Assembly: GCA_965231045.1 (NCBI GenBank)
Contig: OZ246406.1
Coordinates: 450,208-514,207, forward strand
Direction of reading: 5' to 3'
DNA: 64,000 nt
DNA from: an uncultured Candidatus Saccharibacteria bacterium
GTDB lineage: Bacteria > Patescibacteriota > Saccharimonadia > Saccharimonadales > JAGQNJ01
The position numbers and the translations under genes are program-made. Each line of letters opens with the position of its first letter. Position 1 is the stretch's first letter. The notes beneath the pieces are model-generated. The model did not search any database and was not told the origin of the DNA. It saw only the letters and a program-made list of their open reading frames with translations. Below are positions 54,308 through 62,728 of this stretch, in pieces.

Positions 54308-56545
54308 TCATTTGAGAGTTTTTTGTTTTTGTAGATCTACGGCCATAGCTTTTTCTAGATTTAGGGCAATGAGTGCCAAGTCACCAACATCGCCGTCATA
54401 AGCAAAGTAATTTTCTTGCCAGTCTGGCTCAAACTTATTTTTAAACTGCTCTAGCCCGGCGGCTGAGAAACGGCCGGCACCAAGCGTTCGAGCAATTCGA
54501 GCTAATCGGCCTGTCATTTGTGCTAAAGGCACAAAACCGATGTCAAAGTATTTATATCTGTCTTCCTCGTTAAGTTGATGCAGTACGTTATAAATCAAAA
54601 AATTGTTAGCGTTAGGTGCATCTTCTATAAAACGAATTAAATCAATCGTCGTTTGACGTAAGTTATTGTATATTGGCAGTTCATTTACAAAAGCAACTAC
54701 TCTTTGCTGTTCATCACGCAAAAGATGAATTCGGCAGCGCTGCAAATAACTTACATCAAAATACCCAAGCGCAAAGCCTTCCTCCTGATGCCCATCACGT
54801 TTTAGCCACTCATCCGAAACAGCCTTAAGTTCATTTAATAACTCATGGGAGTGTGGCGCCTGTAACACCTCGTACTTATAACCAAGCTTTGTGCCTTTAT
54901 TATTTTGCCAACGCCACCATTTGTTACGGGCTGTTTCATTGCAGTACTTATCAATATCAACTACAGCACTAGCCCCAACTTTTAGAAAATTCAATGCATC
55001 ATTGCTGTATAGACTTCTGGTTTTATCGGAAATTACCATAAAACACACTCTCCAACCATGCGTGCGACAATACGACATAAAGTCATCGAGTATATTTTGT
55101 TGATCTTTTGGAGTATCGGCAACTGGATCAGCTAACGCAAACGCAACTGGTCCAACTACTTTATAAGCAATAAAAGCCCGCCTATTACCAAGCCAAAAGT
55201 ACTGTTTATCATGAGGCCAAATCTTAAAGAAATCTTCAGTTGATCTAGAATACTGATGAAGCAAAGCCTCGGCTTCTTCAATCTCATTAAGCGAGGCTAC
55301 GCCATGTTCATGCTGGGCTGGCTGAAATAGCGCCCAAAGCAAAAAGGCTGTGCTAGAAATAACCAAGAGTGTAACTATACGCGCCCTTATGGTTTCTTTT
55401 ACGTGACTTTGAGTAAAATGACTGGTGCTACTTATGATTCTGCCTGAACGATGTAAGGTGGAGTTAACAAGCGGATGTGCTGGTGTATGTAGCAGCAACT
55501 CACCAATAATGACAATAGCAATCATCACTCCACCTAGCATGATAGTTATATCTACTATTCGAGATCTCCATGATTGTGCAACAACCCCCCTGTTAAAGTA
55601 GTCGCGAGCTGTAAAAACAAACGCGAACGTAATAATATAAAGTGCCAGTAATGCTGGCTGAGGAATAATAATGGCGTATTTCAAAACTTCAAAGCCGATA
55701 AGCATAACTAAGATTTGCCAGGCCCGCCGCTCACCTCGAGCGATATGACGACTTATATAAAGAAAGACAAGCCCCACGATTAAACCATGTTGACTGAGCC
55801 ATGTATTATCTTCGGCGAAATAAAAACTCTGCAGGAATCCAAAGTAGCCAATATGAACAACGGCCAATAATATTGTTGCTATGCCATTTATGCCGACCCA
55901 AACCGCCAGAACCTTATTTACGTTGCTTGTTGCTCTTGGTGGATGTGGCTCATTATCAAACTGGGTTACTGCAAACCAAGCCAACCAAACTATGGTGACG
56001 GATTGATACAAGAACTGAGAAAAAGTCCCAAAGTGGTATATAGATGCATACTGGGTCAAGAACAGACCGCCGTACAGAATCTGGAATGTCAAAAAGAATC
56101 CTGATGGTACGCGCTTCTTCCTAAAGGTATCCCAAGCAGCAAGTGCCAACATGGCACCTACCGCAACAGTGTTGTCAATGGCGTGCCCAATTACAGCCTC
56201 AGCATTTTCTTCTCTACAAAATCCACTGGTTATATGACAGCCAGTTGGTATAAACGCGTCAACGGCAATCGCAATACCTATAACGGCTAGAAGCCCGCTA
56301 GAAATACTAAGCCCCCTTTGTTTTTTCATCATGTAGCCCGCCATACCCAAAAGCAGTAAACCGGCAATAACATCACAAGCCCTGAACAACCAAGAATATG
56401 CCATACCTGGCACTTCAAAGTGATTAATAAGTGCGTCTGGACTGGTTAAAATTGGGTTTATTATTGGGGCAAATAGCCAGCTAGTAGCCGTTAAAAGGAA
56501 GGCTAGTTGCCACAAATTTTTCCAGTGGCGTTTTAGAAACGACAT
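54308..56545 (-). CDS. MprF-like aminoacyl-phosphatidylglycerol synthase (polytopic N-terminus + DUF2156 C-terminus)
   Basis: 745 aa. About 12 TM segments, then FFKIWPHDKQYFW...AFIAYKVVGPVAFALADPV, typical of LPG_synthase_C. Confidence 0.75.
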   Translation of the reverse strand: MSFLKRHWKNLWQLAFLLTATSWLFAPIINPILTSPDALINHFEVPGMAYSWLFRACDVIAGLLLLGMAGYMMKKQRGLSISSGLLAVIGIAIAVDAFIPTGCHITSGFCREENAEAVIGHAIDNTVAVGAMLALAAWDTFRKKRVPSGFFLTFQILYGGLFLTQYASIYHFGTFSQFLYQSVTIVWLAWFAVTQFDNEPHPPRATSNVNKVLAVWVGINGIATILLAVVHIGYFGFLQSFYFAEDNTWLSQHGLIVGLVFLYISRHIARGERRAWQILVMLIGFEVLKYAIIIPQPALLALYIITFAFVFTARDYFNRGVVAQSWRSRIVDITIMLGGVMIAIVIIGELLLHTPAHPLVNSTLHRSGRIISSTSHFTQSHVKETIRARIVTLLVISSTAFLLWALFQPAQHEHGVASLNEIEEAEALLHQYSRSTEDFFKIWPHDKQYFWLGNRRAFIAYKVVGPVAFALADPVADTPKDQQNILDDFMSYCRTHGWRVCFMVISDKTRSLYSNDALNFLKVGASAVVDIDKYCNETARNKWWRWQNNKGTKLGYKYEVLQAPHSHELLNELKAVSDEWLKRDGHQEEGFALGYFDVSYLQRCRIHLLRDEQQRVVAFVNELPIYNNLRQTTIDLIRFIEDAPNANNFLIYNVLHQLNEEDRYKYFDIGFVPLAQMTGRLARIARTLGAGRFSAAGLEQFKNKFEPDWQENYFAYDGDVGDLALIALNLEKAMAVDLQKQKTLK

Positions 56546-56584
56546 AGCCTATATTGTACCTACTTACTGTGTTATCCAAAAACT

Positions 56585-57073
56585 TTAAACCAAAGCTTTG
56601 GCACGTTTCCACACTTGAAATCTATAAGTTACGCCATTCTCCGTTATAGGATCACCTGAAGTTACAAGTTGAAATTGATTCTTGAACTCGGGGAAAAACT
56701 TTGTACAACCAAAATCCCCATCAATCTGTGTGATATAAAGCTCCTCAGCATAATCAATAGTACTTGCAAATAATCCTGCTCCACCTAAATTCCAAATATC
56801 ATTATGGCTTGATTTTATAAACTCAACGGCGTCAGAAACTGGCTCGAAGCCTTCACGCAATTTTTCATCTTTTGAGGTTGCTACGTAGTTTGTTCCACCT
56901 GGATATGGTTTTGTAAGTTCCACATAAAGTCCGTAGCCCATAAGGATCGTACCGCCATCATTTACTTTGTCACGATAGTACTTAATATCTCCAGGGATTT
57001 TTCCCTGCCACGGTATGCCGTGATCATCAGCAATACCTCGTTTTTCATCCATTGCTGCAATACATCTAACCAT
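56585..57073 (-). CDS. folA: dihydrofolate reductase
   Basis: 162 aa. IAAMDEKRGIADDHGIPW...LMGYGLY...GGAGLF collinear with the DHFR pattern. Confidence 0.7.
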   Translation of the reverse strand: MVRCIAAMDEKRGIADDHGIPWQGKIPGDIKYYRDKVNDGGTILMGYGLYVELTKPYPGGTNYVATSKDEKLREGFEPVSDAVEFIKSSHNDIWNLGGAGLFASTIDYAEELYITQIDGDFGCTKFFPEFKNQFQLVTSGDPITENGVTYRFQVWKRAKALV

Positions 57074-58346
57074 GGATATATTGTCTCACTTTGTAGACTA
57101 GCGAACCAATTAAATAAAATGATCCTGTAATAAGTATGATATCCTCTGGCTGTTTTAGTAATTCTTCGAATGCATCATCGGTGTTTTTTATTGATTGAAC
57201 CCTAGAAAAGCCTGCTTTCTTGCATCCAGAAACCAATTCCGTACTTGGCATGACTTTATGCGGCAGGTCAGTACTAGCCATAAATTCAGTCGTAATTACA
57301 TTGTCCGAAATACTGTGCAAGATTGTGAGGCTAACATCAAGAGTTGCCTGCTTACTTTCCATGAATGCTATTAGTAGAGCATATGATTTATCTGGGAATA
57401 ATTTTTTCAGGCTGCTAACTAGAGCATTTAGTTTCTGAGGATTATGTGCGCCATCAATAACTAATGTTTTGTTGCCTATTTGTACGTGCTGTAATCGGGC
57501 TGGAATAATAGTTTTTTGTGAATCTAGAAGTATTTCGGTATCGAGTTTATTAAGCCCGTCCCGATTAATCACAAACTCGGCAACTTGTTGTGCGAGTAAC
57601 CAGTTCCTCTTTTGATAGTCGGGCAAGTCACTGTTTAGTCGAGCATTTCTGTGCAACTCAACTTCATCCAGTCGATGTAGTATGGCTTTTGATTCTTTAA
57701 CTTGCTTATCAATTACATCGTTTAAGATTTTATTTTGGTCATAACAAAAAACATTATTACCTGATTTTATTATTCCGGCTTTTTGAAAAGCAATTTTTTC
57801 TAGTGTGTCGCCAAGAATTCGGGTATGATCGAGGCCAATATCGGTAATAACTGCAACTTTGTCGCGATCATCTATTATATTAGTTGCGTCTTTGAGGCCT
57901 CCCAAACCAACCTCCATGACTACATGAGTGCAGTTCATTCTGGCAAATACAAATAGTGCAAACGTAATCACGCATTCAAAATACGTTGGTTTGAGCTCGA
58001 TCAAACCAGGCGTATTAATAAACTCTGTGAACAGCTCGCACATTTCAGACTCTTTTAATGGAACGTTATTAATTTGAATGCGCTCATTAATTTGAAAAAC
58101 ATGTGGCGAAACACTCAGCCCAACCTTTGCGCCGCTAGACTTGAGCAATTCTGCAATGTAGTAACAGGTTGAGGTCTTGCCAGAAGTTCCTGCAACATGA
58201 ATGATCTTAAATTTGTTTTGTGGATTATCAACTAGTGGCAAAAGTTCATACATTTTTTGTGGATTATAAAAATCGCCATCAAGAATAGAACCAGGTACAA
58301 ACTGTCGTAAATACTTATTTAGCTCTTCAAAACTACTAACTTTCAT
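57066..58346 (-). CDS. folC: folylpolyglutamate synthase/dihydrofolate synthase (Mur-ligase family)
   Basis: HVAGTSGKTST P-loop and EVGLGG. Overlaps folA by 8 nt. Confidence 0.75.
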   Translation of the reverse strand: MKVSSFEELNKYLRQFVPGSILDGDFYNPQKMYELLPLVDNPQNKFKIIHVAGTSGKTSTCYYIAELLKSSGAKVGLSVSPHVFQINERIQINNVPLKESEMCELFTEFINTPGLIELKPTYFECVITFALFVFARMNCTHVVMEVGLGGLKDATNIIDDRDKVAVITDIGLDHTRILGDTLEKIAFQKAGIIKSGNNVFCYDQNKILNDVIDKQVKESKAILHRLDEVELHRNARLNSDLPDYQKRNWLLAQQVAEFVINRDGLNKLDTEILLDSQKTIIPARLQHVQIGNKTLVIDGAHNPQKLNALVSSLKKLFPDKSYALLIAFMESKQATLDVSLTILHSISDNVITTEFMASTDLPHKVMPSTELVSGCKKAGFSRVQSIKNTDDAFEELLKQPEDIILITGSFYLIGSLVYKVRQYIHG

Positions 58347-58377
58347 CCGACCTATATTGTACTTTAGAATGTAATAA

Positions 58378-58785
58378 CTAACGTGCTATTAGTAACAAAA
58401 CCGCTGCTATCGCAATAATACTTAGTGCAACTATAATTGTCTTGGGATCGGCAATGAAAAGGTTGGTTTTGGTTTTAACACCGTTGTTTTCTAGTAAACT
58501 TCTAACTTCTTTTAAGGATTTTGGATCTGATAAACTTTTTCTGGCATAAACTAAACTATAATTTGCGGGTTTTATGCCCCTTATAACATAACTGCCCCCG
58601 CTGGTCTTTAACCGAACATAATTTGCCGAAAATTCGGCAAGACTAATTGATGATAGGGGCGTATTAAGCAGTACAGCCTCACCTTCCCTTACAACGATAA
58701 CTTGTGGAGTAACCAAGAGTTCTTTACTTAGGTTTGTAGAACCATAGTTACAAATCAAATTCAGTTCTTTTTCATTAGCCTGCAT
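58378..58785 (-). CDS. hypothetical protein with C-terminal TM anchor
   Basis: ORF with C-terminal IIVALSIIAIAAVLLLIA. Confidence 0.45.
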   Translation of the reverse strand: MQANEKELNLICNYGSTNLSKELLVTPQVIVVREGEAVLLNTPLSSISLAEFSANYVRLKTSGGSYVIRGIKPANYSLVYARKSLSDPKSLKEVRSLLENNGVKTKTNLFIADPKTIIVALSIIAIAAVLLLIAR

Positions 58786-58828
58786 ATTATATCCTTATTG
58801 TATTCATCTTAATATAATACCAATACTA

Positions 58829-59344
58829 TTACTTAGCTAGTTCGTTTAGATATTTTTGCGCTCTTTTTGAAACAGACTTATGAGGATCGCTCATCAGCCT
58901 CTTTAGTTGTTTTGAATAATCTGTAGCTAGGCTGGTGTTTTCTTTAACAAACTTGTACATTATTTCAATGCTAAAATTGAGTACTATCCAATCAGTGGCA
59001 TGTTCTAGGTTAGACCTAAGAATTTCAATGGCTCTTTTAGTTTGTATTTCATTTAGATCAAGTTCTCCCATCATTTGCACCAAATGCCACTGTACTGATG
59101 GCTGGTCAATTTTATAAACTTCAGTTTGTAATCTATCAATATAATCACTGAACCAATCCGGATGTACTCGACAAATTTTTTCCAGTGCATCACCGGCACG
59201 CATCCTGACAAGCTCATCACTAACAAATAAACAGTCAAATAGTGTTTTTAGTTCGCCAGGGTTTTCAAAGACAAAATGGATAACTTCTTCTGTGTGACCA
59301 AGACTATTTGGATGCCCACCAGTAAGCAAAAGTTCGATGTTCAT
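58829..59344 (-). CDS. HEAT-repeat protein (DNA alkylation repair AlkD-like, tentative)
   Basis: 171 aa, all-helical repeat character. Weak resemblance to PF08713 proteins. Confidence 0.4.
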   Translation of the reverse strand: MNIELLLTGGHPNSLGHTEEVIHFVFENPGELKTLFDCLFVSDELVRMRAGDALEKICRVHPDWFSDYIDRLQTEVYKIDQPSVQWHLVQMMGELDLNEIQTKRAIEILRSNLEHATDWIVLNFSIEIMYKFVKENTSLATDYSKQLKRLMSDPHKSVSKRAQKYLNELAK

Positions 59345-59386
59345 AAATCTATGGTAACAGACAGCCTGTGGTTAATCGTATTGCAC

Positions 59387-59403
59387 GGTACACCGGGAGG
59401 GAT
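59387..59403 (-). repeat. 17-nt exact duplicate of the tRNA-Arg 3' end
   Basis: GGTACACCGGGAGGGAT at 59387-59403 is identical to 59535-59551. Confidence 0.88.
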
Positions 59404-59494
59404 AATCGCACATTAATCTGTGCGCCGAGAATCTCGGGCAACAGACTAATGACCGAACCCTGGATCGAATCCCTGCTCGAAATGTCGAGCTAAA

Positions 59495-59519
59495 ATATAA
59501 AACCACCCATTCTGGGTGG
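59495..59519 (-). terminator. intrinsic terminator 14 nt after the tRNA-Arg 3' end (inside the insert)
   Basis: Minus strand reads CCACCCA-GAA-TGGGTGG followed by TTTTATATTTT. Confidence 0.6.
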
Positions 59520-59533
59520 CAAAATATTTTACC

Positions 59534-59610
59534 TGGTACACCGGGAGGGATTCGAACCCCCGACCCTCTGTTCCGAAGACAGATGCTCTAATCCGCTGAG
59601 CTACCGGTGC
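59534..59610 (-). tRNA. tRNA-Arg (anticodon UCG), CCA encoded
   Basis: GCACCGGTAGCTCAGCGGATTAGAGCATCTGTCTTCGGAACAGAGGGTCGGGGGTTCGAATCCCTCCCGGTGTACCA. Anticodon loop CUUCGGA. Confidence 0.9.
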
Positions 59611-59621
59611 ACGTCAAATTG

Positions 59622-59647
59622 CAATTATAACAGACAATTATAACAGA
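59622..59647 (-). promoter_or_regulatory. tandem duplicated extended -10 promoter candidates upstream of tRNA-Arg
   Basis: The 13-nt unit CAATTATAACAGA occurs twice in tandem. On the minus strand each unit reads TCTGTTATAATTG (TGnTATAAT). The proximal box ends 13 nt before tRNA nt 1. Confidence 0.4.
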
Positions 59648-59669
59648 TTAGAACAGTTTAGAAATAGTA

Positions 59670-60206
59670 TTATTTTTCTTGCTTATCTTGTGGCCTAGGC
59701 AACATACGGGGTTTGGCAGGTTTTTGAGCAAGTGAAGCTTTCAAAACTTCTACCATGGTCTGAGCATATTCTCGACTCATGCCAATGCGCGAAACTGTTG
59801 TGGGTTGATTGTTGCCAGATTGCATGAAGTTTAAAACAATACCGCTTTTGTTAACCGTAACTTGCAGATCATCAGTGTAAAGAACACGATTATCAAACGG
59901 TATGACCATGAACATTTGCTTGCTGGCATCATTATCGATTGTCTCGGTTTCTTGTTTTGGTCGCTCATAGCCCGCAAGTTCCCAGAGCTCAGTGGCATCA
60001 TCTTCGCTAACGTCCAAATGACTAATTAGTAGAAGGAGGATATCCTCGCTTGGCAACAACATGCCCTGTTCAATCTTAGACAGCATTTCTTGATCAATTT
60101 CAACGGCACCGGAAACTTCGGCTAAACTCTCATGGATAGACTCTCTGCGCTTACGCAAATAGTTGCCCAATGTCTTGTGTGGAAAATGATGTGTATTTTC
60201 TCCCAT
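59670..60206 (-). CDS. XRE-family helix-turn-helix protein with C-terminal domain of unknown function
   Basis: LGNYLRKRRESIHESLAEVSGAVEIDQEMLSKIEQG is an HTH_3-like region. Confidence 0.65.
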   Translation of the reverse strand: MGENTHHFPHKTLGNYLRKRRESIHESLAEVSGAVEIDQEMLSKIEQGMLLPSEDILLLLISHLDVSEDDATELWELAGYERPKQETETIDNDASKQMFMVIPFDNRVLYTDDLQVTVNKSGIVLNFMQSGNNQPTTVSRIGMSREYAQTMVEVLKASLAQKPAKPRMLPRPQDKQEK

Positions 60207-60270
60207 TGCTATATATATGTTACTGCTGATAAATACGTCATTGCAAGCAAAAGCACGTATAATAATTACT

Positions 60271-61329
60271 ATGGAAATACAGCACGATGTTAGCCTGGCT
60301 GACTATACTTCTTTTGGTACCGGCGGGCCTGCTGAAATATTCATAACAATAAGCAAGCGTAGTGAAATTACTGACGCCTTATTAAACAGCACTCACCCAA
60401 TCTGGTTTCTGGGCGCGGGCGCAAATGTATTGATTTCTGACAAGGGTTTACCTGGGACAACTCTTCATATGCAAAGCTCCCAACTGGATATATCAAAAGG
60501 AACTGGACTCTGTATTATTACCGCTGATGCTGGCGTTGACTGGGACGACCTAGTAAAGGCCAGTATCAAAGAAAAAAAATGGGGCTTAGAACGAATGAGT
60601 GGCATTCCTGGTACGGTTGGTGCAGCGGTGGTTGGAAATATAGCAGCATACGGGCAAGCTGTTTCTCATTCTTTGTTATGGGTTGAAGTTATCGATACAA
60701 AATCAAGTGACATCGTTGTACAACGAATCCCAGCCGAGCAACTAGGCTTTGACTATCGATTCTCTGATTTTCAAACGGATCGATTCAAAGATTTTGTAAT
60801 TATTAGTGCTGCCTTTGCTTTGAGCGATAATCCAGAGGACCTCGTATACGCATCCGCACTTAACGTGGCTAAGGAATTAAAACTCGATCCGAATAAGTTA
60901 GGTGATCGGCGCAAAATTATTCTTGAATCTCGCAAGCGTGCCGGATCATTGCTCGGCGGTAAAGATGACCCTAAGACGGCTGGCTCTTTCTTTAGGAATC
61001 CGATTGTTAGCGCCAAGTTAGCAGAAGAGATAATGAAATATGAGGAACACTCTGTGAGCACTAAGGAGATCAAAACACAGAATAAGGTTCACGGTGGCTC
61101 AACAACCCGTGTATCAGCAGCTCATGTTATGCTGGCGGCTGGTTTTAAGCGTGGTCAATCCTGGGGACCAGTCAGACTGCATCCTGAACACGTACTAAAA
61201 ATTGAAAACACCGGTGGTGCGACATCACAGCAAATTTACGAAGTTGTACAAGAAATTATCAAAACCGTTAAGGATAAACTTGGTATTGAACTTGTGCCCG
61301 AAGTTCGAATACTTGGCGATTTTAGCTAG
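60271..61329 (+). CDS. murB: UDP-N-acetylmuramate dehydrogenase
   Basis: Start moved to MEIQHDVSLADYTSFGTGGPAEIF. GAGANVLISD and a C-terminal MurB_C-like region. Confidence 0.8.
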   Translation: MEIQHDVSLADYTSFGTGGPAEIFITISKRSEITDALLNSTHPIWFLGAGANVLISDKGLPGTTLHMQSSQLDISKGTGLCIITADAGVDWDDLVKASIKEKKWGLERMSGIPGTVGAAVVGNIAAYGQAVSHSLLWVEVIDTKSSDIVVQRIPAEQLGFDYRFSDFQTDRFKDFVIISAAFALSDNPEDLVYASALNVAKELKLDPNKLGDRRKIILESRKRAGSLLGGKDDPKTAGSFFRNPIVSAKLAEEIMKYEEHSVSTKEIKTQNKVHGGSTTRVSAAHVMLAAGFKRGQSWGPVRLHPEHVLKIENTGGATSQQIYEVVQEIIKTVKDKLGIELVPEVRILGDFS

Positions 61330-62585
61330 TTTGGCAATGGGAAATCTTTAGTAAATACCTTTATTTCTTTTTCGATTGAAGAAAGTTTCTTGTCGTCATT
61401 ATGATGCTTTAATGCTTCGTCAATCCAACTTGCAACCTGAACCATTTCTTTCTCTTTCATTCCTCGAGTAGTTAAGGCTGGCGTACCGAGCCGAATTCCA
61501 CTTGGGTCGAATGGCGGACGAGGATCAAATGGTACTGTGTTCTTATTGACTGTTATCCCTGCCTTACCCAAAGCGATTTCAGCCTGCTTGCCAGTGATTT
61601 TCTTATTACTTAGATCAATAAGCATCAAGTGGTTATCCGTGCCTCCAGTAATAAGTGTGTAGCCCTTTTCGTTTAACTCATCAGCTAGCTTCTTGGCATT
61701 TTTAACAATTTGCTGAGCATATTTTTTGAAAGCTGGTTGAGCCGCTTCATGAAGCGCCACTGCAATTGCGGCAGTTTGGTGATTGTGAGGGCCACCCTGC
61801 AAGCCCGGAATAATTGCTCGATCTATAAGTGTTGGTAGGTTTTCTTTACTTCGCTCAACAGCTTTTAGCGGAGTAGCCGGATTGCCATTACACATAATCA
61901 TCGCGCCACGTGGGCCACGTAGTGTCTTGTGGGTCGTGGTAGTGATAACATCGGCGATACCTGCTGGTGATGGATGAACACCTCCCGCAACAAGTCCAGC
62001 AATATGTGAAATGTCAGCAACCAAAAAGGCATCGACTTGATCGGCAATCTGACGCAGTTTTTTCCAATCAAAAACACGTGGGTATACAGTCGCGCCAGTG
62101 AAGATAAGTTTTGGCTTAGTTTTGGCGACTAGCTTGGCAAGAGCTTCATAATCTAAAAGGCCATCTTTGCCCGTTTGATATTGAACGGAGTTAAACCATT
62201 TGCCTGAAAAATTAACTTTAAGACCATGTGTCATATGACCCCCAAAGTACAAATCCATACCCATAACTGTGTCGCCAGGATTAGCTAAAGCAAAGTAAAC
62301 CGCCAAGTTAGCTGGTGAGCCAGAATATGGCTGCACGTTAGCATGAGTTACGCCAAAAAGAGCTTTTGCTCGATCACGAGCCAGATTCTCAACCGCATCA
62401 ACATTTTCACATCCGCCGTAATAGCGTTTGCCAGGATAACCTTCTGAATATTTATCAGTTAATCGTGATCCAAGCGCCTTCAATACATCACCAGATGTAT
62501 GATTTTCGCTAGGTATCATTTCCAAACCATCAGTTTGGCGTTTGATTTCTTTCTTGATCAGTTTCTCTATAACTTTGTCTTTCAT
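61326..62585 (-). CDS. glyA: serine hydroxymethyltransferase
   Basis: LEMIPSENHTS, and TTTTHKTLRGPRG (PLP Lys). Confidence 0.95.
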   Translation of the reverse strand: MKDKVIEKLIKKEIKRQTDGLEMIPSENHTSGDVLKALGSRLTDKYSEGYPGKRYYGGCENVDAVENLARDRAKALFGVTHANVQPYSGSPANLAVYFALANPGDTVMGMDLYFGGHMTHGLKVNFSGKWFNSVQYQTGKDGLLDYEALAKLVAKTKPKLIFTGATVYPRVFDWKKLRQIADQVDAFLVADISHIAGLVAGGVHPSPAGIADVITTTTHKTLRGPRGAMIMCNGNPATPLKAVERSKENLPTLIDRAIIPGLQGGPHNHQTAAIAVALHEAAQPAFKKYAQQIVKNAKKLADELNEKGYTLITGGTDNHLMLIDLSNKKITGKQAEIALGKAGITVNKNTVPFDPRPPFDPSGIRLGTPALTTRGMKEKEMVQVASWIDEALKHHNDDKKLSSIEKEIKVFTKDFPLPN

Positions 62586-62728
62586 AGTAAATATCCCTCT
62601 TAGAATGGCAATAAAATCAGTAATATTTGGCCTCAGATCATATCTCTATTGTAGCTGATAATAATAGTGGATAAAAATGTGAAAATTACCTCTTTTTTTA
62701 TGCCTTTTGTGATATACTTCTTGGGCAC

